From the IMG/VR virus record IMGVR_UViG_3300042868_010462, positions 83,875 through 147,874 of that record: 64,000 bases of DNA. One strand, 5' to 3'. Positions 1 through 8,925 of this stretch are shown here, piece after piece (positions within the stretch are counted from its first letter, which is position 1; each line of letters begins with the position of its first letter). Below the pieces are notes generated by a model, which was not told where the DNA came from, ran no database searches, and saw only the letters and a list, made by a program, of their open reading frames with translations. Origin of the DNA: a virus. The translations under genes and the position numbers were made by a program.

Positions 1-136
1 TAACCCAAGTATTCAACATCCTTATCTTCAAAGTAGGGTGGTAATCCCATATACTCATCCAAGAGTTGTTTGACCTTTTCAACTGTCGTTGCAGTTAGTA
101 CTGGGATTTTATCTTCCCTATCTACTATAAGATATA

Positions 137-517
137 TTAGTGCCATTGTTGTAAACTTTTATTTATATTAATTTTTGTCAATTTTTTTTTTCTTTTTTTT
201 TTATTTTTTTCTTTTCCTTTTTTTTCTTTTATTTTTTTTTCTTTTGTTTTTACGACTTCCACCAAATCCATTTCTGGGTCAGATAATTCTTGATAACCAA
301 ACATTGAAAAGTCAGAAATATAAGACCACCACTTTCCATCAAAAACATATCTTTCATGGTCTATTTTTGGTTTTTTATTGTCAATGCTTTTACCAAAATA
401 AATTCCATCCCATCCATCTCTTTTCCCTTCTATTGGTGGATTACCCTTGATAATTTTTACTAATCTACCATCTCTACTCTTGTAAGTTTTACCTACTTCT
501 AAAATTATATTTTCCAT
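137..517 (-). CDS. hypothetical protein with Lys-rich C-terminus
   Basis: ORF 137..685 trimmed to MENIILEVGKTY start, because the longer version overlaps the tRNA-like element. Confidence 0.6.
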   Translation of the reverse strand: MENIILEVGKTYKSRDGRLVKIIKGNPPIEGKRDGWDGIYFGKSIDNKKPKIDHERYVFDGKWWSYISDFSMFGYQELSDPEMDLVEVVKTKEKKIKEKKGKEKNKKKRKKKLTKININKSLQQWH

Positions 518-549
518 ATTTATAATTTTTATTTTTTTAAATAAGTTAG

Positions 550-630
550 TAGTCAGGACAGGATTCGAACTTGTGACGATAAACGCAGATGTGTACCTCA
601 TCTTGGCAGCTCCAATTCTGCCACCTGACT
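550..630 (-). pseudogene. degenerate tRNA-like element (anticodon position GTA)
   Basis: Acceptor stem AGTCAGG/CCTGACT, D-arm and GTTCGAATC T-loop present; anticodon loop AGGTACA is non-canonical and the T-stem has a mismatch. Confidence 0.6.
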
Positions 631-730
631 TTGTTTGTTTAAACTTTTCGGTTTTCCTATTCAAAACCTTAACGTCAGGCAACAATCTAAGTGTCAGCCA
701 CTACTTGTGAATTATTAGGTGTCACAACCA

Positions 731-961
731 TTAGAAATATTTTCTTGTAAGATATTCATCAGTTCCTAAACTTGGTGCGTTGTTATTTTCATCTAAATGA
801 AGAAACATAAATCCTTTGTAAGCGTTGGCTTCTAATAGAATCTTTTCAATCATTGTGATGATTCCAAGTTTTTCTTCCATCATAATGTTTGGATGGGCTA
901 ATTGTTCGTTAGCGAAGTTTTTAATCATCTCAACTTGGATTGTTTTTTTCTCTTTAGCCAT
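731..961 (-). CDS. hypothetical protein
   Basis: 76-aa ORF preceded by TATATTTG at 984-991. Confidence 0.7.
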   Translation of the reverse strand: MAKEKKTIQVEMIKNFANEQLAHPNIMMEEKLGIITMIEKILLEANAYKGFMFLHLDENNNAPSLGTDEYLTRKYF

Positions 962-1046
962 TGTGTTATTGTTTAAGTGTTCACAAATATAGAAATAGAT
1001 TTTTAATTACACAACCTTTGATGAATAATTTTGAGAAAAATATTTG

Positions 1047-1117
1047 AGCGGATAGTTGGTACTGCCCCAACTTATCTAGTTTGGAAGACTAGAACATTAC
1101 TTTTATGCTATGCCCGC
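1047..1117 (-). tRNA. tRNA-Gly(TCC), atypical T-loop
   Basis: Anticodon arm CTAGT-CTTCCAA-ACTAG; T-arm GTTGG-GGCAGTA-CCAAC. Confidence 0.8.
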
Positions 1118-1121
1118 TAAT

Positions 1122-1352
1122 TTACCTGAGATTCCAAATACCACCAGCAAAACACTTGAAGTCATTGTAACTTGTAACTCTTATAGGATTTTCTTCATAT
1201 TTCCACCTATTACAAGTTATATAGATTTCTCCTGTCCATTTATCCTTCTTGAGAAAGGTATAAATACCATTACGAGATTTGATATGGATTTTATCCCCAT
1301 TTTTGAGGTTCTTAAACTGAGACAATCTTATTTGTTCCATAAGTGATTCCAT
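1122..1352 (-). CDS. hypothetical protein
   Basis: 76-aa ORF between tRNAs, same strand. Confidence 0.6.
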   Translation of the reverse strand: MESLMEQIRLSQFKNLKNGDKIHIKSRNGIYTFLKKDKWTGEIYITCNRWKYEENPIRVTSYNDFKCFAGGIWNLR

Positions 1353-1369
1353 AGTATTTGAATAAAAAG

Positions 1370-1444
1370 TGGAGCCGGTATGAGGAATCGAACCCCATTA
1401 TCTTGATTACAAGTCAAGCACATCACCACTTATGCTTTACCGGC
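1370..1444 (-). tRNA. tRNA-Thr(TGT)
   Basis: Cloverleaf; CTTGA-CTTGTAA-TCAAG; encoded CCA. Confidence 0.92.
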
Positions 1445-1451
1445 ATTTATA

Positions 1452-1724
1452 TTATCTTCTTTTATAAACATAAGTTATTGTATCACCAATCTTATAAACA
1501 TCATTTCTCTTGGTTATAACAAACTCGTCACAATCAGTTGAATAATGATATCTTTTCCCATATTCAATGGTGGATGGTGATTCTGTAACATAAAATGTAT
1601 CTATTACACATCTTTTAACAATATCCCCATCTTCAATTTCATTATAGTTTGTTCTATTTAGAATTGAAGCTAATAAAACAAATGAAACAAAAAATAAAAA
1701 CAAACAAGGAATTAAATATTTCAT
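1452..1724 (-). CDS. hypothetical protein with N-terminal hydrophobic segment
   Basis: ORF track. Confidence 0.6.
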   Translation of the reverse strand: MKYLIPCLFLFFVSFVLLASILNRTNYNEIEDGDIVKRCVIDTFYVTESPSTIEYGKRYHYSTDCDEFVITKRNDVYKIGDTITYVYKRR

Positions 1725-1726
1725 CT

Positions 1727-1975
1727 TTAAACTTTTAACAAATAAATTAATAATGAACCCAAAGTATAACCAATACTGGAAGCCAAGGCCATCTTGATTC
1801 TTTCATTCCAATTCTTTGATTCAACCATATAACCAACAAATGGTAATCCCAAAAATGGCCCGATACAAGCCCAAAAAATCATCATAAAATCTCTATCAGC
1901 AACCGTTGCAATATACATAGTTGCGGCCAACTCAATAACAAATGATGCGATACCAATTATAATATATTTTTTCAT
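1727..1975 (-). CDS. small membrane protein
   Basis: Three hydrophobic segments. Confidence 0.65.
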   Translation of the reverse strand: MKKYIIIGIASFVIELAATMYIATVADRDFMMIFWACIGPFLGLPFVGYMVESKNWNERIKMALASSIGYTLGSLLIYLLKV

Positions 1976-2568
1976 AAATGTTTAATTACCCAATCCGCAA
2001 ACTTCTTTTGTCCTGATAAACTTACATGAACCCCATCACCAGCATCTTTGAATGTTACAGATGTATCCTTTGGAATTATAAGACAATTTTTCAAACCTGT
2101 CTTTGGGTCAACCATCAATTTTTGAAATTCAACATACCTTGCTCTACATCTATCAGTGGTCTCAGTACCATATACAGTTCTAACCATAACTTTGATGGGG
2201 TCATATCCAACAATAACAATCGGTTTAATCCCCCTCCTATTACAAGAATCAACCATCATCTGTATATTATTAACGGCACCCTGTAAGTTCACATAAGAAA
2301 AAGCATCATTACAACCCCCATAAATAAACACACTGGTAAACATTGAATCTCTCTTCAAATGGTCGTTAAGTGTTAATCTCATCCAATCCGTTCTCTTTCC
2401 ACCACTTGATTTATTTAAACTCTGATAACCGAATTCCTTGGCTACCATATCTTGCCAACCACCAGTATAACAAGTCAAACTATCACCGATGAATAATACC
2501 CTCAAAGGTGGGGTTGAAAAGGAAGTTAATAAAATAACACATAACAATAATAAACTAATTTTCTTCAT
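1972..2568 (-). CDS. SGNH/GDSL hydrolase with signal peptide
   Basis: FIGDSLT block I, GGCND block III, DGVH block V. Confidence 0.88.
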   Translation of the reverse strand: MKKISLLLLCVILLTSFSTPPLRVLFIGDSLTCYTGGWQDMVAKEFGYQSLNKSSGGKRTDWMRLTLNDHLKRDSMFTSVFIYGGCNDAFSYVNLQGAVNNIQMMVDSCNRRGIKPIVIVGYDPIKVMVRTVYGTETTDRCRARYVEFQKLMVDPKTGLKNCLIIPKDTSVTFKDAGDGVHVSLSGQKKFADWVIKHL

Positions 2569-2581
2569 AAAACAATTTTTT

Positions 2582-2659
2582 TGGTGGAGACAGTGAGAAT
2601 CAAACTCACCTCACAGATATTGCAAATATCCATCGCCAAGTCTTGGTACATGTGCCCCC
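2582..2659 (-). tRNA. tRNA-Ala(TGC)
   Basis: G3:U70 pair, TTTGCAA loop, CCA. Confidence 0.88.
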
Positions 2660-2667
2660 ATTTTTAT

Positions 2668-3189
2668 TTATAACCCAATTTCCTCCAAAGGTAAAACCTC
2701 AAAGAAATATTTACAACCAACATCTGTTATATATTCAAAAACATCCTTATAACAATCTTTATTGAAAAAATTACTTAAGACATAATAGTACTCAACTTGG
2801 ATACCGATTGGACTAAACAATTTTTTATATTGTCTTTTTTTGAAATTACAAGTTTGTAATTTCTCATCAACAGAACCGGCACCATTTTGGTATTTCTTTT
2901 CAATTATGTAGATGGTATTCCCCACTAATATTGCAGCATCAGGTAAAAGTTTTTTACTGATAATCGTATTGTGGTCAATATTATATCTACTTAACAATTT
3001 TTTGTACAGACCATATTTCTCAAAATATTCACCGACAATTATACCATTTTTTACAATTTGGTCTTGATTATCCATCACATAATCACTTTGTTCCACTAAC
3101 AATTTTTTTAGGTGTGTTGTAGCTTCAAAATGTAATCCGTTAACATTTGTGTTTGCACCCCCACCACTTTTGTTTGGCGTTCTATTCAT
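2668..3189 (-). CDS. PD-(D/E)XK nuclease-like protein
   Basis: LLPD...IIEKKYQ...GSVDEKLQ motif. Confidence 0.65.
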   Translation of the reverse strand: MNRTPNKSGGGANTNVNGLHFEATTHLKKLLVEQSDYVMDNQDQIVKNGIIVGEYFEKYGLYKKLLSRYNIDHNTIISKKLLPDAAILVGNTIYIIEKKYQNGAGSVDEKLQTCNFKKRQYKKLFSPIGIQVEYYYVLSNFFNKDCYKDVFEYITDVGCKYFFEVLPLEEIGL

Positions 3190-3205
3190 AGTTTTTCTTT
3201 TTTTG

Positions 3206-3290
3206 TGGTGGGAATGGAGGGATTCGAACCCCCTCAGCTAATACAAATGATTTACAGTCATCCCCGACTCTCCAGCTTCGGCGCACTCCC
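3206..3290 (-). tRNA. tRNA-Tyr(GTA)
   Basis: CTGTAAA loop, long variable arm, CCA. Confidence 0.92.
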
Positions 3291-3301
3291 ATTATAAATT
3301 G

Positions 3302-3376
3302 ATGCAGGAACGGGAGTCGAACCCGTATGGTACGGCTTATGAGACCGAGCTGGAACCACTTCCAGTCCATCCTGCA
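3302..3376 (-). tRNA. tRNA-Met(CAT)
   Basis: CTCATAA loop, GGTTCGACTCC T-arm. Confidence 0.85.
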
Positions 3377-3385
3377 TTGTGTTTG

Positions 3386-3457
3386 ACGCAAAGAAAGGAA
3401 TCGAACCTTTTACCTTTGGGTTATGAGCCCAATGTGCAACCACTACACTTCTTTGCA
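3386..3457 (-). tRNA. tRNA-Met(CAT), initiator-like
   Basis: TTGGG-CTCATAA-CCCAA anticodon stem with 3 G-C pairs. Confidence 0.85.
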
Positions 3458-3465
3458 TATATTTG

Positions 3466-3537
3466 TAGCCCGTAGGGGAGTCGAACCCCTCTTGCAAGAA
3501 TGAAAATCTTGAGTCCTAGCCGATAGACGAACGGGCC
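3466..3537 (-). tRNA. tRNA-Glu(TTC)
   Basis: Cloverleaf, TTTTCAT loop. Confidence 0.92.
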
Positions 3538-3548
3538 ATATTTGTTTG

Positions 3549-3622
3549 CGAGCTATAGGGGATTCGAACCCCTGGTCTTCAGCGTGACAAGCTGAAATGT
3601 TAAACCCCTACACCAATAGCTC
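3549..3622 (-). tRNA. tRNA-Asp(GTC)
   Basis: Cloverleaf, TTGTCAC loop. Confidence 0.92.
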
Positions 3623-3644
3623 TTTTGTATTAATTCTTCCCTCT

Positions 3645-3668
3645 ATGTCAATGAACTTTACAAAGTTA
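3645..3668 (-). promoter_or_regulatory. Bacteroidota-type -7 promoter (TAACTTTG) followed by boxA-like GTTCATTGACAT
   Basis: Directly upstream of tRNA-Asp; identical 12-mer at 9480-9491. Confidence 0.65.
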
Positions 3669-3675
3669 AACAATC

Positions 3676-4155
3676 TTATCCAATTTTCCAAGCACCATAG
3701 ATAACTTTTTTTCTCTGTAGTGCATCTTCTGTGTTTCCAATTACAACTCCATCTTTGATTGTGAAAGCATGACCCTTGATTGTAACAATGTAAGTTCCTT
3801 TTGAATACTTTTCCAAGAACTTAGCTGTTGTCATATTTCTCAAAACATTTCTTCCTTTCACCTCAACCCAATATGCCATTTGAATATCTTCTCTAATTGG
3901 TGTAACACCTTTACGATTGAACTTTATCTGTTTTGACGCAAGTGTATTCATAGTTAAACCAAAGAGTGCAGTCCCTTGTCTATTTTTTCTACCAAAAACC
4001 TCTGCCACTTTTTTGTGAGCATAGTCGTAAGTAACTCCAAACGCTGAAGCAAAGGCTCTGACGACACAATCGTCTTTCTCACTTTGAGCTAACTTCGATT
4101 CTGCAATCCCTTTGATGGCGACTGATGATGATATGTATGGTGTTTTCGTTTTCAT
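3676..4155 (-). CDS. hypothetical protein (DCVVRA...H motif, possibly papain-like fold)
   Basis: 159-aa ORF; TAACTTTG at 4160-4167, only 4 nt before ATG. Confidence 0.7.
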   Translation of the reverse strand: MKTKTPYISSSVAIKGIAESKLAQSEKDDCVVRAFASAFGVTYDYAHKKVAEVFGRKNRQGTALFGLTMNTLASKQIKFNRKGVTPIREDIQMAYWVEVKGRNVLRNMTTAKFLEKYSKGTYIVTIKGHAFTIKDGVVIGNTEDALQRKKVIYGAWKIG

Positions 4156-4199
4156 ATTACAAAGTTACAAAACCATTTTTAATTTCCAAACTTTGTGAT

Positions 4200-4235
4200 A
4201 AAAAAAAATCCATCTTTTTTTACGAAGATGGATTT
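4200..4235 (-). terminator. intrinsic terminator of putative attenuator 2
   Basis: AAATCCATCTT/AAGATGGATTT stem plus T-run. Confidence 0.8.
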
Positions 4236-4262
4236 GACATTATTAACACTCAAAACTTAAGT

Positions 4263-4334
4263 TCATACCATCTCCATCCGAGGATTTCTACCCTCAGCTC
4301 CAGTCGTTAAGTCCATATAGAGATTGCGTTTCAT
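4263..4334 (-). CDS. putative leader peptide MKRNLYMDLTTGAEGRNPRMEMV
   Basis: 23-aa ORF just upstream of the terminator; its 3' end is complementary to the terminator arm. Confidence 0.7.
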   Translation of the reverse strand: MKRNLYMDLTTGAEGRNPRMEMV

Positions 4335-4393
4335 TGAATTTCTTACTATTTTTTTATTAAATATAATGATATAACGGAAAAGTGTCAAGTATG

Positions 4394-4705
4394 TTACAAA
4401 AAAGATGAAATAATTTGTGCTACTTTATATCCTGTGAAGGCTCCCAATGCCGCAGAACCTGGTAAAACAAAGAACTTACCGAATAAACTTTCATATTTTG
4501 ACCTATTAACGATGTATGAAATTAGGATATAATAAAGAAAGAAGTTAATCAGTACAGCAATATCGATTTCCTTGGCCATAAAGACAACAATCGAGTTTCC
4601 AAAGAACCCCCAACTGAAGTTTATTAATGTCTCCCTGATTAATTCCCAAACTGATGTATTGGCATCAGCAACCTTAATTTCCCTTGTAAATAAATTATTT
4701 TTCAT
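4394..4705 (-). CDS. membrane protein
   Basis: Hydrophobic ORF. Confidence 0.65.
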   Translation of the reverse strand: MKNNLFTREIKVADANTSVWELIRETLINFSWGFFGNSIVVFMAKEIDIAVLINFFLYYILISYIVNRSKYESLFGKFFVLPGSAALGAFTGYKVAQIISSFL

Positions 4706-5211
4706 CCTATAAAATCGTCAAATCCGTTGTTACTTAAAAAATCGTTATCTTCATCTATTTCTCTTATCTCGAACTCAAAACTTGATACATTACAAACTAC
4801 ATCTTTAGTGAATGTTTCGTGTATATAATCAAAGTCATCTGGAGATATTTGAACTTGTTCATCTTTAAATAATTTGAAAAGTTCCTTTGTATTTCTGTAA
4901 AGATTTGGGTATTGATAAGTTTTCAAAATACCATCCATTTCGAATACTTCAAATCTTTTGTAAAAATTATCGTTGTACATTAGAATATGTTCCTGAGCCC
5001 ACTCATTAACAACTTGAAGAATGAATGTCTTTAAACCCTGCATACAAGCTACCCTATAGTCCTCATATTGTTGTTCAACAGTTAAACTACCAATCTCAAC
5101 ATCATCAACCTCTTCTTCATATTTGGCAATTGTATCCAAGGCCAACATCTGTAATTCATCCCAATTTGTTTGATGTATTTTATAAAAGTTTACAACTACC
5201 ATTTCTTTCAT
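4702..5211 (-). CDS. hypothetical acidic protein
   Basis: ORF track, overlapping stop/start. Confidence 0.7.
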   Translation of the reverse strand: MKEMVVVNFYKIHQTNWDELQMLALDTIAKYEEEVDDVEIGSLTVEQQYEDYRVACMQGLKTFILQVVNEWAQEHILMYNDNFYKRFEVFEMDGILKTYQYPNLYRNTKELFKLFKDEQVQISPDDFDYIHETFTKDVVCNVSSFEFEIREIDEDNDFLSNNGFDDFIG

Positions 5212-5231
5212 TATTAAAGTGTTATTTAATT

Positions 5232-5873
5232 TTATTCCTTCGAATCTGTATCGTAAAACATTAAGTCAGAGTCTTCGGTTGCCCATTTATTATGTCCTTC
5301 ACAATTATAATAATCTAAATTAACTAGATAATCAGGTTTCTCAGGAAAATCTTTTGTGACAAAAGAAGGTTCATTCCATCTTATTCTATTGTTGGGTTGT
5401 AAGGCAATTTGTCCATTATCTAATAAGATGATGTGATGACACTTGTGTTCCATAGGGTCTTCTGACAATGTTAAATCAGTATTCATATCACTTGAACCCC
5501 AGTTAATTGTGCCAAAATAATTTCCATCATACCATTTCTTATCTTTCATAAAAACTGAAACCCGCATCCCATATACAAAACTAAGTTGAATGAGGGAAAA
5601 GTTATATGAAAAACAATTCCATAATTGCAGAAAATGAAAAGACAAATCAGGATTTGGTGTCTCAGGTTTTGTCAATAGTGCATGAGATGGTAATTTGTCT
5701 CTCATTACACCATTGTTCAATAAAACCTGAAACAAAACCGCCTGGTTTGGCATACACCGAATCGAAGTAACAATTCCTTCTGTAAACTCACCAAATCCTT
5801 TTTGGTGCTGATACATATATTCATTTCGAACATAAACTTTAAGTGGGAAAAAATTACTTTCGATATAAGCCAT
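5232..5873 (-). CDS. hypothetical phage protein
   Basis: 213-aa ORF in operon. Confidence 0.75.
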   Translation of the reverse strand: MAYIESNFFPLKVYVRNEYMYQHQKGFGEFTEGIVTSIRCMPNQAVLFQVLLNNGVMRDKLPSHALLTKPETPNPDLSFHFLQLWNCFSYNFSLIQLSFVYGMRVSVFMKDKKWYDGNYFGTINWGSSDMNTDLTLSEDPMEHKCHHIILLDNGQIALQPNNRIRWNEPSFVTKDFPEKPDYLVNLDYYNCEGHNKWATEDSDLMFYDTDSKE

Positions 5874-5875
5874 AA

Positions 5876-6196
5876 TTAACTTGTTGGTATGTCATTTGAG
5901 CCATACTCTCTTATTAAATAGTCGGTAAAATCTTCTACACTTTCAACATTGAACTCAACTTCTTCGTGCCAGATTTTTTTATCAACATCATCATATAACC
6001 ACCAGCCAACTAAGTCCTGAATCCATCCGAATTGTTCGTCTTGTTTTTTTCTGAGGAGGGTCGGAATACTTTTTTCAAGTTGAGGAGTGGTGTTGTTAAG
6101 CTCAAGTAAATCAACTCCCAAACCATAGAGCCTATGTATCTTTTCATCGTATTCTTTAATTTTTAACAAAGTTTCGATTATGTATTCTCGTACCAT
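5876..6196 (-). CDS. hypothetical protein
   Basis: ORF track. Confidence 0.65.
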   Translation of the reverse strand: MVREYIIETLLKIKEYDEKIHRLYGLGVDLLELNNTTPQLEKSIPTLLRKKQDEQFGWIQDLVGWWLYDDVDKKIWHEEVEFNVESVEDFTDYLIREYGSNDIPTS

Positions 6197-6422
6197 TATA
6201 AGTATTATTTAAGTTGTTTGAAATATTTTGGAATTATTATCATACTACTGATGTAAAATGCAATAAACATTACACCATAAACTAATCCCTCGTTGAAATA
6301 GATACCCAAAACATATTTACTAATCAATAGCTGGGGTATCATAATCAAAAAGAAAACTAAAAAAGAAAAGAACACAGTTACAAATGTTTTCATCTCATTT
6401 TATTTTGTGGTTAAATAATTTG

Positions 6423-6495
6423 CAGGTCCCCAAGGATTCGAACCCTGACCGGATAGGTTGGAGCTATCAATGCTAAGCCATTACACTAGAGACCC
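6423..6495 (-). tRNA. tRNA-Trp(CCA)
   Basis: GATAG-CTCCAAC-CTATC; TATCTTTG promoter at 6515-6522. Confidence 0.92.
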
Positions 6496-6530
6496 ATATA
6501 TTTGCTTACTATTACAAAGATAAGAAAAAA

Positions 6531-7265
6531 TTAAAACTTTTTATATTTTTTATCCCAATTTTCAATCCTTTTTAAAAGTTCTTCCATTGTTATTGACGAA
6601 TTATCCTTTTTTATTGAATTATCTGAGAATAATAATAGATTACAATTCGCAGGATGGGATATAATCTTTGGGTTAATCTTATTTCGAAAACCATCCATCA
6701 CAGAATACATATGGTCTTTACTTACCCCTTTCAAATTATTCCGTTTGTTTGTTGGTGAATACCATCCATATTGTTCAACTAAAGATAAATCAAATTCATC
6801 TTTAAAATCTTGGATGTCAAACTTAAAAAAACAAGATGGTCTATAATACTCGTAATATGTTAATTTACAATCATTACATATTATTTTCAACTTTTCAGTT
6901 ACCTCATTAATTGAACAAATCTTACAAATCTTTTTAGTTTTAATCTTTTCCTTTCTGGGCTTGTTTTTTAAGGTCTCTGAAATCTTTTTTTTAGTTTCTT
7001 CAGTCAGTTTTCTATTTCTATTATTATACTGTATAGCACAAGAAGATGAACAAAAGGTATTAGGTTTACTAAAATATTTTTCAAATTCCTTTTTACAATT
7101 TTTACAAACTTGATTTTCCTTGTATATAACTTTTAAATTCAATCTACCCATTTTACAATTGATAGATTTGTAAGTCGTTCCCATAATTTCAGCAATATCA
7201 CCAGGTCTATAACCCTTCTCGACAAGTGAAACTAATTGTTTTATATTTTCATCATTCCATTTCAT
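6531..7265 (-). CDS. putative homing endonuclease (HTH, CxxC pairs, HNH-like C-terminus)
   Basis: SKDH...HPANC...N..K motif; NUMOD3-like TEETKKKISETLK; free-standing in the tRNA array. Confidence 0.65.
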   Translation of the reverse strand: MKWNDENIKQLVSLVEKGYRPGDIAEIMGTTYKSINCKMGRLNLKVIYKENQVCKNCKKEFEKYFSKPNTFCSSSCAIQYNNRNRKLTEETKKKISETLKNKPRKEKIKTKKICKICSINEVTEKLKIICNDCKLTYYEYYRPSCFFKFDIQDFKDEFDLSLVEQYGWYSPTNKRNNLKGVSKDHMYSVMDGFRNKINPKIISHPANCNLLLFSDNSIKKDNSSITMEELLKRIENWDKKYKKF

Positions 7266-7317
7266 ATATATAAATATCTAAGAAATGAGGAAAAGTAAAG
7301 AATCGAACTTTTTTTTG

Positions 7318-7391
7318 AGGTCGGGGAGGGAATCGAACCCCCCTAAAAATGATTTTGCAGGTCATTGCCTAAACCACTCGGCCACCCGACC
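7318..7391 (-). tRNA. tRNA-Cys(GCA)
   Basis: CTGCAAA loop, cloverleaf. Confidence 0.92.
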
Positions 7392-7543
7392 TTAATATTT
7401 CTTTTTTATCCCCCAACTTCACCCCACTCGTCAGTGGGGGAGTGGTTAGGTTGAGTCCGAACTTATACCTTGGGCTATTCGTTGGACAAAAAGACCACAG
7501 CAAGTGAGCAGTTCTAATGGGATGCTTCGTGGTACATTGAATG

Positions 7544-7618
7544 TGACCCTGGTGAGACTCGAACTCACGCTCCCTAAATTAAAAGTTTAGTGCTTTAAAC
7601 CAACTAAGCCACAGGGTC
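7544..7618 (-). tRNA. tRNA-Lys(TTT)
   Basis: CTAAA-CTTTTAA-TTTAG. Confidence 0.92.
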
Positions 7619-8176
7619 ATTAATCAAATTTTCTATTAGGATTCATTCCTCTCTTATAGTTCACACACAATCTATCTTTATCATCAAAGAAAGTATTGAC
7701 CATTGGTGTGCCCAATTTTATACCACAACCATCAGGTGCGAAACTACATAAACTTCTTGCACGACCATCCAAGTTTACATCTTCCAATAATCTCCACTCA
7801 ATTCCTGTCTCCACATCATAAACATAATCACCATCTCTCAATACATAAAGTTGGTTGTATCTGTTTCTCATTGATTCATAAAACTTCGCTGACATAGTGT
7901 TCATTAAAATTAAAACTTTCAACATAATTCGGTTGATTGAATGGTTAACTAATCCTGTCTAATTACATTCCCAAATCTACACAAAAGATTCATATATTTT
8001 ACTGTTTCCATCAAATAATTTTGATTTTTATCCATTAAAATAACAACCTCCATATCAATAATTGCTCTTACCTGAACCTCCTTGTTGTTGGGATTGTCAT
8101 CACCAAAATCAATAATTAAGTTGTCACCAACTTTAAACTCACCAATTTTTACCTTTTCCATAATAAATATTTTTTG

Positions 8177-8251
8177 TTGTTCCGGTGAGGCTCGAACTCA
8201 CGACTTCTACGGTATCAGCATAGTACTCTAAACCAACTGAGTTACGGAACA
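8177..8251 (-). tRNA. tRNA-Ile(GAT)
   Basis: CTGATAC loop. Confidence 0.9.
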
Positions 8252-8258
8252 ATGTTTG

Positions 8259-8332
8259 TGGTTCCATCAGGATTTGAACCTGAAACCCCTCCGTTATGAG
8301 CGGAAAGCTCTAACCACTTGAGCTATAGAACC
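8259..8332 (-). tRNA. tRNA(CAT), probably Ile2 (lysidine type)
   Basis: CTCATAA loop; body resembles Ile2 tRNAs; Met not excluded. Confidence 0.75.
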
Positions 8333-8346
8333 TTAAAAAAAATTTG

Positions 8347-8418
8347 TATGGGTGACCGGATTTGAACCGATGACCACTAATTCCCAAAATTAGCATTCTA
8401 CCTCTGAACTACACCCAT
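8347..8418 (-). tRNA. tRNA-Pro(TGG)
   Basis: CTAAT-TTTGGGA-ATTAG. Confidence 0.9.
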
Positions 8419-8588
8419 ATATTAAACAATTAAACCATATATAATTCCACATAGAAGAACAATTAGAAAAATAAGTCCTACTAAGAATAGGTCTGAGTTT
8501 CGTTTGAAGTGAGACAAAACTAAGAATAATATTCCAATTATCAAAAACAAAAGACCAATTAATAATAACATAATTTAATTTTTTTTTG

Positions 8589-8682
8589 CGGAGAACAGAG
8601 GTCTCGAACCCACACACCAGCTCATCACCGATGACATCTGATTTTCAAGACCAGGCCGATACCAATTTCGGTTGACTTTTCC
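8589..8682 (-). tRNA. tRNA-Ser(TGA)
   Basis: CTTGAAA loop, long variable arm, G73. Confidence 0.88.
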
Positions 8683-8690
8683 GTATTGTT

Positions 8691-8767
8691 TGGTGGTATG
8701 ATGGGACTCGAACCCACACATACATCATCCACAATGATGTCCCTCTACCAATTGGGGTACATACCAC
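8691..8767 (-). tRNA. tRNA-His(GTG)
   Basis: TTGTGGA loop. Confidence 0.9.
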
Positions 8768-8775
8768 ATATAGTT

Positions 8776-8851
8776 TGGTGGTGATGATTGGAATCGAACC
8801 AATATTAAACGATTTTCAGTCGTTCGCCTTGACCAACTTGGCAACATCACC
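8776..8851 (-). tRNA. tRNA-Phe(GAA)
   Basis: CTGAAAA loop, CCA. Confidence 0.92.
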
Positions 8852-8861
8852 ATAAAGTTTT

Positions 8862-8925
8862 GAGTAAGTATCCACCACGTTTAAGGCTGGCTGTGGACAG
8901 TGCTACCTACGACCTTTCCTTACTC
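8862..8925 (-). ncRNA. candidate small structured RNA
   Basis: GAGTAAG/CTTACTC closing stem, right after the TAACTTTG promoter (8931-8938) and before tRNA-Phe. Confidence 0.45.

Noticed and set aside
175-450. Phe-rich plus-strand ORF
   Set aside because: Antisense shadow of a Lys-rich tail
3182-3497. ORFs 3182-3391 and 3258-3497
   Set aside because: Overlap bona fide tRNA genes
7420-7440. Hammerhead ribozyme (CTGACGA on minus strand)
   Set aside because: No correctly placed GAAA or stems II/III; the sequence is a simple hairpin
8390-8617. 75-aa ORF
   Set aside because: Starts within tRNA-Ser and ends within tRNA-Pro; not supported as annotated
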